64,000 nucleotides of DNA from Gammaproteobacteria bacterium (GTDB lineage Bacteria; Pseudomonadota; Gammaproteobacteria; Pseudomonadales; Azotimanducaceae): the NCBI GenBank assembly GCA_009839505.1, contig VXPO01000013.1:43300-107299 (forward strand), in the 5' to 3' direction. A model generated the notes under the pieces. The model saw only the letters and a program-made list of their open reading frames with translations, had not been told where the DNA came from and searched no databases. The translations under genes and the position numbers were made by a program. This document shows, piece by piece, positions 1 to 10,334 of the stretch. Position 1 is the stretch's first letter, and the number at the start of each line of letters is the position of its first letter.

Positions 1-1971
<1,971 letters not shown>

Positions 1972-2056
1972 CCTGATTCAGTCGCAGATTCCGTGGTCGG
2001 GCGATTCTACTCCTTCCGTGGAACAAGCGCGCTTGTTGCCTGGCGGTCGAACTGCG

Positions 2057-2713
2057 TCAGAACACGGAGTCGAACACGCGTATCTCCTTTTCGCGTTCGC
2101 TAGCCCGCCTCTCCAGACGAACTGAGCCGTTGACGAAGTCAATCCTGACGACCGGATAGAAGTGAGTTCCCAGTTCCACAACGTTGCTGCGCACCGGTCG
2201 CCCATCGTCGTCGATTTCGATGATCACGAGCCTCGATGTCAACGGGGCCAGGAACCAGCACTCCCGCCAGCCGGTTGGCCGCTGGCATCGCAGCGAAGTC
2301 GTACAGCAGAGTCACGTGATAGGCGAACTGTCGCGGTGCCGTGCGCGGAAAGAAGCGCTCGAAAGCGGCCAAGCGGCCCGATGGCGACAGGGTCAAGTCC
2401 CGACACAGGATGACGTCCAACAGATCGAGCGATGCCGCGTCGTAGATGGCTAGCAGGTCGCTGCGTTGATTCGTTCTGCCAACCACGAGAATCTTGCCGG
2501 CGTCGAACGGACATCGTCCACATGCTGGAACGAGAGCGACAGAGGGCGTGTGACCGGATCGCCATCTTCGCTCGCGGCTCTGAGATGGAGCCTGCTCAAT
2601 TCGGGGTTCGCGGCGACTTCCGCAATCACCTCGACCGGCGAGTTTTTGAACTCAACTCGCTTCCCTGGGCGTGACTTGGCGCCGCGACCCGATACCTCGC
2701 CGTTGCGCCAAGT
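2057..2713 (-). pseudogene. Decayed or frameshifted ORF of unknown function; coding-like translation is spread over three minus-strand frames
   Basis: Hand translation. The frame in phase with the 2714 stop reads ...VEFKNSPVEVIAEVAANPELSRLHLRAASEDGDPVTRPLSLSFQHVDDVRSTPARFSWLAE and then hits TAG at 2450-2452. The 2139..2486 frame continues RSDLLAIYDAASLDLLDVILCRDLTLSPSGRLAAFERFFPRTAPRQFAYHVTLLYDFAAMPAANRLAGVLVPGP and then turns Arg-rich. The 2057..2242 frame continues SRLVIIEIDDDGRPVRSNVVELGTHFYPVVRIDFVNGSVRLE. No canonical start codon was found. Confidence 0.4.
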
Positions 2714-3445
2714 TCACTCCGGTCGCAATCGATCTCCTGGGTCGTGCTCGAAATCCGCGACGCGGAGCGACAGCCCGTCCCACTCGAACCGGATGCTGAC
2801 CGTGCCCCCGGTCGGGCAGCAGTCGCCGTCGCCATCGCGCGCCACGTCGCCGGACACGTACCTCAGCGTCTGCAGCGCGTCTCGGAGGTCGCCGATGCCC
2901 TTCAGGCTGAAGCCGGACGGCATTCGCTCCCGCGTCGGGTAGAGCCAGCCATGGACGTCCAACGCAACCAGGGATCCCGACCGCCAGAGCCAGTACTCGT
3001 CGTACTGGAACTGAAAGCTCCCGTCGCCCGAACCGTATCCTTGGAGGTAGAAAACCGGACCCAGGTCCGTCCGGAGTAGCTCCGGGGCACGGTACGCCCT
3101 CTGGCCGTATTCGCGGTCGGGCTTTCGAACATGGAGGACGATGGCCGTCTGCAAGTCGGGTCGTTCCGCTCTGAAAAGCACCACGGCGTTGGCTTGCCTC
3201 GACCATGAAGTCGCCCAATCCGGAACGGGCGCGGATCGGTCGTCATACACGGCGAAATAGAACGTCGAGCCGTCCAGCTCCGCGACTTCGCCGAACTCCG
3301 CGACCGTGCAATCGGAATTCGGCACGTCGCCCCATAGCGGGATGCAACGCGTTCGGAACTCGTCCAGCGCCCAACGGAGTGGTTCCGCCTCCTGGCCGTG
3401 GCTCAGCCCGCCCACCGCAACGATGATCAGCAGCGTCCGTCGCAT
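2714..3445 (-). CDS. Hypothetical exported protein (243 aa)
   Basis: The ORF has a signal-peptide-like N-terminus, MRRTLLIIVAVGGLSHGQEA. Its composition is balanced, unlike the overlapping Arg/Pro-rich frames. I do not recognise a family. Confidence 0.6.
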   Translation of the reverse strand: MRRTLLIIVAVGGLSHGQEAEPLRWALDEFRTRCIPLWGDVPNSDCTVAEFGEVAELDGSTFYFAVYDDRSAPVPDWATSWSRQANAVVLFRAERPDLQTAIVLHVRKPDREYGQRAYRAPELLRTDLGPVFYLQGYGSGDGSFQFQYDEYWLWRSGSLVALDVHGWLYPTRERMPSGFSLKGIGDLRDALQTLRYVSGDVARDGDGDCCPTGGTVSIRFEWDGLSLRVADFEHDPGDRLRPE

Positions 3446-3620
3446 GGCGATCAGACCTTGAAGGGTTCACCGTACCCAATGTAGCGCTCGACGAGACCAT
3501 TGTCACAGGCATCGACATGGAATCAGGTCGTTGCGTGACGTTCGCGCTGCCTGTGTCGTCCCAATTGTCCGGCTGCGCCGCTTGGCGTAGCATCGCGCCA
3601 CCTCCACGCGCCCCCATCCG

Positions 3621-5462
3621 ATGGACGAGCCGTTCCGTCCGCAGGACGTGAAACTGCGCCGCAAAGTGCGCGAAATCGTGCGGGTCGTACCCCGCGTCTA
3701 CCGCTTCCTGTGGGAAACGGCGCCCACGCTGTTCGTGTTCGCGTGCGCGCTCATGGTAGTGGTGGCACTCATACCACCGGCGATGATCTACCTGACCAAG
3801 ATCATCGTCGACGGCGTGGTGGACGCCGCCGCCCGCGGCGGCAGCTGGACAGAACTGATCACGCCGGTGGCCATCATGTTCGGCCTGTGGCTCGGCGAGA
3901 CGCTGCTCTCGGCGGTGTCGAACCCGGTGCAGAGCATCCTCTCGCAGCGGGTCTACTACGCCGCTCAGGAACGCGTCATCGAGAAGGCAGGCTCACTGGA
4001 CATCGCATTCTTCGAGTCGCCGAGGTTCTACGACCAGCTCCGCCACGCCCAGGATCAGCTCTACCAAGTCGAGAACGTCGTCTGGTCGACGATCTCGCTC
4101 GTGCGCAACGGCGTGGGGCTGACGGCGACCATGGGTCTGCTGACCATCCTGCATCCCTTCGCCATCGTCGTGCTGATCGCGACCGTGCTGCCGGCGCTGC
4201 TCATGCAGGGCTACTTCGCACGCAAGCACTTCGAATTCGACGCCGAATGGATTCGCAACAACCGCATGCTCAACTACCTCGTGCGGCTCATGACCTCGCG
4301 GGACAGCGCCAAGGAAATCCGCGTGTTCACCCTGGGGGACACGTTCTCCACTCGTTACAGGGCGTTTCGCGAACGTCACCTGCGCGCCCACATCAAGTTG
4401 CTGATCGACCTGTTCAAGGTGCGCACCGGCCTCGAAGTGGTCTCGCTTGCCGGCGTGGCCTCCATCTGGGCGTACGCCGTCCATCAGGCTGTGCTCGCAC
4501 GCATCACCATCGGCGATCTGACGCTGGTCTTCAACGCGGCGCAGCAGGGGCGCAGCCTGCTGATGGGGCTCGTGGGCACGGGTGGCCAGGTCTACGAAAA
4601 CGCCCTGTTCGTCACACGTTTCTTCGATCTCGTGGACATGGACCCGCAGTCGGTGGACGCCGCTCTTCGGCCCCCAGCGCGCACGCCGCTGCCCTTTCCG
4701 CAACGCATCGAGGAGGGCGTCGTGTTCCGCAACGTCTCGTTCAAGTACCCAGGGTCCGACGCCTGGGTGTTGCGCGACGTGTCCTTCGAGATTCCACCGC
4801 ACGCCAAGGTGGCCATTGTCGGCGAGAACGGTGCCGGCAAGACCACTCTCGTGAAGCTGCTGTCGAGGCTCTACGACCCTGTCGAAGGTGAGATCGTGCT
4901 CGACGGGCGCGACCTGCGCGACTACCACCTCGGCGAGGTCCGGCGTGAAGTGGCGGTGGTGTTCCAGGACTTCTTCCGCTACGACCTGTCGGCGGCCGAT
5001 AACATCGGCTTCGGTGAAGTTCGAGCCCTCGACGACCGCGAGCAGATTCGAACGGCAGCCACCCACGCGGGTGCGCACGAATCCATCGAAGGCCTGCCCA
5101 AGGGCTACGACACCGTCCTCGGCAAGACGTTCGACGAGGGCGTCGACCTCTCGGGCGGCGAATGGCAGCACCTCGCGATCTCGAGGGCGTTCATGAGTGA
5201 TGCGAAGATTCTCATCCTCGACGAACCCACGGCTGCTCTGGATGCGTTCCGCGAGCACCGCCTCTACGAGCAGGTGGCCGAATTCACGATGGACAAGACG
5301 GTGGTGTTCATCTCGCACCGCTTTTCCACCGTGCGCATGGCGGATCTGATCGTCGTCGTGGAACGCGGCCGACTCGTGGAAGTCGGCAGCCACGACGACC
5401 TCCTTGCCCGGGATGGCCGCTACGCCGCGATGTTCAATACCCAGGCGGCCCGCTACCGCTGA
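3621..5462 (+). CDS. Fused ABC exporter (transmembrane domain plus ATPase), MsbA/multidrug-type
   Basis: 613-aa ORF. N-terminal half is hydrophobic. Walker A GENGAGKTT, ABC signature LSGGEWQ, Walker B ILILDEPTAALD. Confidence 0.9.
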   Translation: MDEPFRPQDVKLRRKVREIVRVVPRVYRFLWETAPTLFVFACALMVVVALIPPAMIYLTKIIVDGVVDAAARGGSWTELITPVAIMFGLWLGETLLSAVSNPVQSILSQRVYYAAQERVIEKAGSLDIAFFESPRFYDQLRHAQDQLYQVENVVWSTISLVRNGVGLTATMGLLTILHPFAIVVLIATVLPALLMQGYFARKHFEFDAEWIRNNRMLNYLVRLMTSRDSAKEIRVFTLGDTFSTRYRAFRERHLRAHIKLLIDLFKVRTGLEVVSLAGVASIWAYAVHQAVLARITIGDLTLVFNAAQQGRSLLMGLVGTGGQVYENALFVTRFFDLVDMDPQSVDAALRPPARTPLPFPQRIEEGVVFRNVSFKYPGSDAWVLRDVSFEIPPHAKVAIVGENGAGKTTLVKLLSRLYDPVEGEIVLDGRDLRDYHLGEVRREVAVVFQDFFRYDLSAADNIGFGEVRALDDREQIRTAATHAGAHESIEGLPKGYDTVLGKTFDEGVDLSGGEWQHLAISRAFMSDAKILILDEPTAALDAFREHRLYEQVAEFTMDKTVVFISHRFSTVRMADLIVVVERGRLVEVGSHDDLLARDGRYAAMFNTQAARYR

Positions 5463-5544
5463 CGCACGTGCCGGGAAAGCTCCGAACACGCTGTCCTTCG
5501 CCAGAGGGATGGATCATGATGGGCAGATCGACCGTGGAGGCGGC

Positions 5545-5850
5545 ATGGCCCAACACACCGTCGGCGAGTTGCTGGAGGGGCGCCACCGGCCCAGGAACGC
5601 CTTGGAGCGGCTGATCAAGCGCGCCGCCTTGCGCGACTCGTGGACCGAGCAACTGCGTGCTGTACTGCCGCCGTCCATTGCACCGCACTGCCGCGTCGCC
5701 GATATCCGCGGCGAGCGGTTGACCATCCACGTCTCGGACTCTTCCTGGGCCACGCGGCTGCGCTTCGCCCTCCCTGAAGTGGAGAAGGCCTTGGGGTCGC
5801 TTCAGGACTTCGTTGGCGTCGAGGAAATCCGGATCCGCGTTGGGCCTTGA
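5545..5850 (+). CDS. DUF721 / DciA-like protein
   Basis: MAQHTVGELL...WTEQLRAVLPPSIAPHCRVADIRGERLTIHVSDSSWATRLRFALPEVEKAL fits the DUF721 pattern. GGAGG lies 4 nt upstream of the ATG at 5545. An alternative ATG is at 5509. Confidence 0.65.
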   Translation: MAQHTVGELLEGRHRPRNALERLIKRAALRDSWTEQLRAVLPPSIAPHCRVADIRGERLTIHVSDSSWATRLRFALPEVEKALGSLQDFVGVEEIRIRVGP

Positions 5851-5859
5851 GTCGGGCTG

Positions 5860-6129
5860 CTACTCGCCCTCGCCGAATCGATCCGCAAACAACGCGCACA
5901 CCGCCTCGAAAGCCGCGTCTTCGTCGTCGCCTTCGCAGACGAGTTCCAGCGTCGTGCCGACAACCGCCTCGAGCATCATCACCGCCATGATCCGCTTGGC
6001 GTCGACACTTTCCCCTCCCTTGGCCAGTTCGATGCGTGAGGCGAAATGCTTGGCCTGGTTGACGAGCTTCGACGCGGCGCGGGCATGCAGTCCAAGCTTG
6101 TTGACGATGTCGACCTTGCCCTTTCTCAC
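5860..6129 (-). CDS. ptsO: HPr-family phosphocarrier NPr (nitrogen PTS)
   Basis: VRKGKVDIVNKLGLHARAASKLV... with the GLHARAA active-site His context. About 89 aa from a GTG at 6129 that overlaps the rapZ stop (GTGA). The longer 195-aa ORF upstream part is Arg/Pro-rich and judged spurious. Confidence 0.85.
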   Translation of the reverse strand: MRKGKVDIVNKLGLHARAASKLVNQAKHFASRIELAKGGESVDAKRIMAVMMLEAVVGTTLELVCEGDDEDAAFEAVCALFADRFGEGE

Positions 6130-7031
6130 GGCGTTGTCCCGCGATCTCCACTGTCGTCGTCCAGCTCTTGGTGCCTGAGCAGGACAGTCAGCCGCGAGTC
6201 CCTGAAGTGCGCGGCAAGCCGATCCGCCACGTACACCGAACGGTGTCGGCCACCGGTGCAGCCGACGGCCACCGTGAGGTAGCGACGGTGGTTCGCTTCG
6301 AAACGCGGTATCCAGGACTCGAGGAATGCGCAGATGTCGGTGTACAGCGCTCCAACCTCGGGCTGCTCCGACAGGTACTCCATCACCGCATGGTCGAGCC
6401 CCGTCAAGTCGCGGAGGTCGTCGTGGTAATGAGGATTCGGCAGGCACCGGGCGTCGAACACGAAGTCCGCATCCACCGGCACACCCGACCGATACGCGAA
6501 TGACGTGAACAGCACCAGGAGCGCGTCTTCCTCCCTCGCGACCCGCGTCTTGACCGCCCTCACGAGCTCCTGCAGCGAGAGACTCGTGGTGTCGATGGTG
6601 AGGTCGGCCAGATCCTCTAGGGGCGCGAGCACGGCCCGTTCCTGATCGATGGCCTCGCGCAGCGTGGTATCGGCATCGGTCAGCGGATGACGGCGACGAG
6701 TCTCGCTGAAACGCTTGACCAGGGTCGGCGACGCCGCGTCCAGGTAGACGATCCGTCGGTCTATCTGCGGATGTCTGAGCGAGCGGGCGACCTCCTCGAA
6801 ACGATCCAGGTCTGCCGCCGGGTTGCGAGCATCAATGCAAACCGCCAAGCGCTCTTCGGCACCACCAAGCGCATCGTCGACGAGTTCGCCCAGCAACCGG
6901 ACCGGAAGGTTGTCGATGCAGTTGAAACCCTCGTCCTCCAGGGCGTTGAGTGCCGTGCTTTTGCCGGAACCCGAGCGCCCGGTGATGACGACGAGCTGGA
7001 GAGGCGAGTCCTGGTCACGACGGAGCGACAC
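6126..7031 (-). CDS. rapZ: RNase adapter protein RapZ (YhbJ)
   Basis: P-loop VVITGRSGSGKSTALNALEDEGFNCIDNLP, the C-terminal TVAVGCTGGRHRSV motif, and its position between ptsN and npr. Confidence 0.92.
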   Translation of the reverse strand: MSLRRDQDSPLQLVVITGRSGSGKSTALNALEDEGFNCIDNLPVRLLGELVDDALGGAEERLAVCIDARNPAADLDRFEEVARSLRHPQIDRRIVYLDAASPTLVKRFSETRRRHPLTDADTTLREAIDQERAVLAPLEDLADLTIDTTSLSLQELVRAVKTRVAREEDALLVLFTSFAYRSGVPVDADFVFDARCLPNPHYHDDLRDLTGLDHAVMEYLSEQPEVGALYTDICAFLESWIPRFEANHRRYLTVAVGCTGGRHRSVYVADRLAAHFRDSRLTVLLRHQELDDDSGDRGTTP

Positions 7032-7033
7032 GG

Positions 7034-7558
7034 CTACTCCTGCTGTGACAGGACTAGCTGGCGCTGAAGGACGTCGAACAGTTCGCGGTCCGTCGTTGCC
7101 CGGCGGAGCTGGACCAGATTGGCAGGATCATCGAACGCCCGCGCGAGAGCCCCCAGGATCTCCAGATGGGTCCGCTGTTCGTGCAGCGGCACAGCGAGGA
7201 CGAACAGCAGATCGACGGGCTGGTCATCCGGCCCGTCGAAATCGATACCCGAGCACGTTCTGAGGAAACAGGCCACCGGCTCGTCGCAGGTCTCGAATCG
7301 GCAGTGAGGAATGGCGACGCCCTCGCCCAATCCGGTGGAGCCGAGGCGCTCCCGATCCAGCAACCCCTCGAGAAGACGTCGCGGTTCGACGTCGTCGGGA
7401 AACTCGGCCGAGAGCCGCTCGCAAGCCTCTTCCAGCACGGCCTTTTTCGACCGGGCATCCACACCGACGCAGGTGCAGCCGGGCTTGAGGATCTTGTCGA
7501 ACTCAATCACGCGCGTGGGAACCGCCGACACTAGCTCCGGGAATCGAAACGGGAACAT
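7034..7558 (-). CDS. ptsN: PTS IIA-Ntr (nitrogen regulatory protein PtsN)
   Basis: SKKAVLEEACERL...RERLGSTGLGEGVAIPHCRF aligns with my memory of E. coli PtsN (SKKRALE...REKMGSTGIGNGIAIPHGKL). Sits in the conserved hpf-ptsN-rapZ order. Confidence 0.9.
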   Translation of the reverse strand: MFPFRFPELVSAVPTRVIEFDKILKPGCTCVGVDARSKKAVLEEACERLSAEFPDDVEPRRLLEGLLDRERLGSTGLGEGVAIPHCRFETCDEPVACFLRTCSGIDFDGPDDQPVDLLFVLAVPLHEQRTHLEILGALARAFDDPANLVQLRRATTDRELFDVLQRQLVLSQQE

Positions 7559-7594
7559 TGAGGGCGACGCACACCCTTACCGTGGCGGTGCGGG

Positions 7595-7891
7595 CTAGAC
7601 ACGGTGACTGGTGAGCTTCTCCTTGTGCCGGATGAGCTGGCGGTCGAGCTTGTCCGACAGCGCGTCGATCGCCTTGTACAGGTCGTCGGAGGCCGCGTCG
7701 GCGAAGATCTCGTGGCCGCCGCCCGCGTGGACGATGGCCTCGGCGTTCTGCTCGAGCTTGTCGACGGTGAGCACCACGCGGACGTTGGTGATGTGATCGC
7801 AATGCCGCTCCAGGCGGGTAATCTTGCTGGTGACATAGTCCTTCAAGGCGGCGGTGACGTTGAGATGGCGTCCGGTGATGTTCAACTGCAT
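7595..7891 (-). CDS. hpf: Ribosome hibernation promoting factor (short HPF/YhbH type)
   Basis: MQLNITGRHLNVTAALKDYVTSKITRLERH...; 98 aa. Confidence 0.92.
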   Translation of the reverse strand: MQLNITGRHLNVTAALKDYVTSKITRLERHCDHITNVRVVLTVDKLEQNAEAIVHAGGGHEIFADAASDDLYKAIDALSDKLDRQLIRHKEKLTSHRV

Positions 7892-7932
7892 ATTGTCGTC
7901 TCCATGGCTGTGTGCCCGATGACCATTCTATG

Positions 7933-9303
7933 TCAACTCACAGCTCCGCGACCGGCAAAGCGGACGCCGAACCGATGCCGGACGACCTCCTCCACCGGGG
8001 CGTCAGCGGCGATGACCGCGTCACCGGAACGGACCCGGTAGGCGCCCGGATCGACGGCCCCAAGTGGCGCCTTTCCGGCGGCAACATCCCGGGTGGCCTG
8101 TAGCACCATTTCGCGGAATCGCACGACGCCGAGGTCGGTCTGACACAGCATCTCTCGGGTGCGATCGGCGATCGGCCCCTGGCTGTCGGCGATAGCCTGA
8201 TCCTGTTCCGAGATCCCCACGATGCCGGTGTAGCTCTCGGTCTTCTGCAATTCGCGGTCGATGAGGTAGTCGTTCTCGCGCCGTCGGACCGGCACGAAGT
8301 GTTCGTCCGTCTCGGCGAAGATGCCCGAGCCCGCCACCAATCGGTGCCGTTCCTTGTCGCCGATCGGACGATCCGGGTGCCAGGCGTAGCAGAAAATCCA
8401 GCAGGAAGTGTCATCGATGGGCACCCAGGTGTTGGCGAGACTCAGATCCTCCGGAAAGTTGCCCGGCGTCAGCGAATGGTTCGGCATCAGGAACTGGGTC
8501 ATCCGCCAGTAGAGGCAGTCGTCGTCTGCGTGCCGTGCGGCGCACAGCAGCAGTCCCGCATCGTGGCTGAGCACGGAGAACCTGGGCGCGCCGTCCTCGA
8601 CCAGCCAGCGGAAGCGCGCCAAGCGAAGCGGTTCGCCGTTGCCGTCGCCCGGCGTTGTCGGGCGGCCCGCCTCGTGCAGACCCACCTTCCCGCCACCGCC
8701 GACACCGGCGTGGAGGTAGGAGAAGTGCGCGGTATCCAAGCCCCCCTCGCAGGCCTGAGCCCAATTGCACTGCTGGAGTTTCTTGCCCACGAAGCGGTGC
8801 TCCGGTGGTACCGCGGCGAATTCAAAGTCGGGCACACCTGGCAGTTCATCGGCATCACCCTCTGCGAAGTGTGCCCATACGACCTCCCCCGCCTCGGCAG
8901 TCTTCAGCGCGCGGACGGCGGCCCGCGGTCTTAGCCGCTCGGCGATGGTCGGCTCGACGTTGGGGACGTCCACGCAGCGCCCGTCGACATCGAATTTCCA
9001 GCCGTGGTACACGCAGCGCAGACCGCAATCCTCGTTGCGTCCGAAAAACAGGTCGGCTCCCCGATGGGGACAGCGCGGCTCGACGATGCCCACCTTGCCG
9101 GCGGAATCACGAAACGCAACGAAGTCCTCGCCGAGAAGCTTGATCCGGACCGGCGGACAGTCCGGCGCCGGCAACTCGCGACTCAACAACGCTGGCATCC
9201 AGTATTGGCGGAACACGTCGCCCATGGGTGTGCCCGATCCCGTGCGGGTGAGCGTCTCGTTTTCTTCGACGGTCAGCATGGGCGCTCCTCGATCGGCCGA
9301 CAC
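7933..9303 (-). CDS. Rieske [2Fe-2S] ring-hydroxylating oxygenase alpha subunit-like protein
   Basis: Rieske motif CPHRGADLFFGR...CVYHGWKF. An alternative ATG at 9279 gives MLTVEENETLTRTG. No reductase or ferredoxin partner is adjacent. Confidence 0.85.
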   Translation of the reverse strand: MSADRGAPMLTVEENETLTRTGSGTPMGDVFRQYWMPALLSRELPAPDCPPVRIKLLGEDFVAFRDSAGKVGIVEPRCPHRGADLFFGRNEDCGLRCVYHGWKFDVDGRCVDVPNVEPTIAERLRPRAAVRALKTAEAGEVVWAHFAEGDADELPGVPDFEFAAVPPEHRFVGKKLQQCNWAQACEGGLDTAHFSYLHAGVGGGGKVGLHEAGRPTTPGDGNGEPLRLARFRWLVEDGAPRFSVLSHDAGLLLCAARHADDDCLYWRMTQFLMPNHSLTPGNFPEDLSLANTWVPIDDTSCWIFCYAWHPDRPIGDKERHRLVAGSGIFAETDEHFVPVRRRENDYLIDRELQKTESYTGIVGISEQDQAIADSQGPIADRTREMLCQTDLGVVRFREMVLQATRDVAAGKAPLGAVDPGAYRVRSGDAVIAADAPVEEVVRHRFGVRFAGRGAVS

Positions 9304-9325
9304 GGGTTGACGTTATGATACGACC

Positions 9326-9412
9326 GTAGGGGCGACCCTTGTGGTCGCCCGTGTCAGCGTCCGCACTGCGTCGCTTGTCGCTCCAGCGGGCGACCACAAG
9401 GGTCGCCCCTAC
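9326..9412. repeat. REP-like palindromic unit pair: two perfect 25-nt inverted copies (9326-9350 and 9388-9412) separated by 37 nt
   Basis: GTAGGGGCGACCCTTGTGGTCGCCC at 9326-9350. Its exact reverse complement GGGCGACCACAAGGGTCGCCCCTAC is at 9388-9412. Each arm has an internal GGCGACC/GGTCGCC stem. Confidence 0.85.
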
Positions 9413-9428
9413 GACTCGAGGACCGCCC

Positions 9429-10112
9429 TTGGCACAACCCAGCGGCATCGGCGAGCTCAACGAGAGGTCCCTGCATCGGGCACTGAAGGCGCTCTACGCC
9501 GTACCCGGCAGCCTGACCGAACAATCCATCGACGGCTACGTTGCCGACATCGTGATCGGCGAACGCATCATCGAGATCCACACCGGCATCTTCTGGCCCC
9601 TGAAGAAAAAGCTGCCCCGCCTCCTCGCCAGCCACCCAGTCACGTTGGTGCACCCCATTGCCAAGGACCGCTACATCGTCAAGCCGGCGGCGGGGACGCG
9701 CCGCAAGTCGCCCAAGCACGGTTCGGTGTTCAGCGTCTTTGCAGCGATTGCGAGCATTCCGATGCTTCTCGGTCATCCCAATCTCACCCTCGAGGTCGTC
9801 ATCACGGTGGAGGAGGAAGTCCGGGTGCCGAACGAACGCCGCAACCGTCGGCGCGGCGGCTGGACCGCAGTCGACCGGCGCCTCGTGGAAGTGGTCGAGA
9901 TCCACCGAATCCGGTCCATGGGCGACCTTTTCGCCATGCTCGACCCGCGACTGTCGGACGAGTTCACGACCCGTGACCTAGCGGCAGCCATGGGGTCTTC
10001 CCGGCGCTTGGGCCAGCAGGCTGCCTTCTGCTTCCGCGAGGCGGGCGTCTGCAGGATCTGCGGCAAGGTCGGCAACGCGTTGGTGTACGAACGGGCAAAG
10101 CCCCGCGCTTGA
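9429..10112 (+). CDS. Hypothetical protein, possibly a PD-(D/E)xK/CoiA-like nuclease fold
   Basis: In the ORF 9339..10112 the first 25 codons are REP sequence. A TTG at 9429 has GAGGA 7 nt upstream. The segment GYVADIVIGERIIEIHTG resembles a D...E-x-(Q/H/K) nuclease core. The C-terminal part may be wHTH-like. Family not recognised with confidence. Confidence 0.5.
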   Translation: MAQPSGIGELNERSLHRALKALYAVPGSLTEQSIDGYVADIVIGERIIEIHTGIFWPLKKKLPRLLASHPVTLVHPIAKDRYIVKPAAGTRRKSPKHGSVFSVFAAIASIPMLLGHPNLTLEVVITVEEEVRVPNERRNRRRGGWTAVDRRLVEVVEIHRIRSMGDLFAMLDPRLSDEFTTRDLAAAMGSSRRLGQQAAFCFREAGVCRICGKVGNALVYERAKPRA

Positions 10113-10334
10113 GCCGTCCCATGGAACAAACGCGACCGGGCGCGGTTGGTCCGTGGGAGGTCGGTGTGGCTGGGCCGCAAGCGGCGCGACCCAGCGCACA
10201 GCGATAGCGAAGGTGCGTCGTTGCCGACGCGGTCGGGGACGGCCTTTGGGGCGCAACGTGTGCGACACTCTCACCGTCGCTCGCAAGCGGCACCGGCATG
10301 TACCCGCCGAAGAATTGACCTTGAGGAGACTCCC

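Noticed and set aside
3993-5489. 498-aa minus-strand ORF antisense to the ABC exporter. Similar long antisense or out-of-frame ORFs occur at 9978..11081, 28203..29567, 57353..58996, 33438..35189, 35828..37048, 14148..15410, 23022..24293 and 20415..21371.
   Set aside because: Their translations are Arg/Gly/Pro/His-rich low-complexity sequence, as expected for non-coding frames in GC-rich DNA. Each one overlaps a gene with clear family motifs on the other strand or in another frame.
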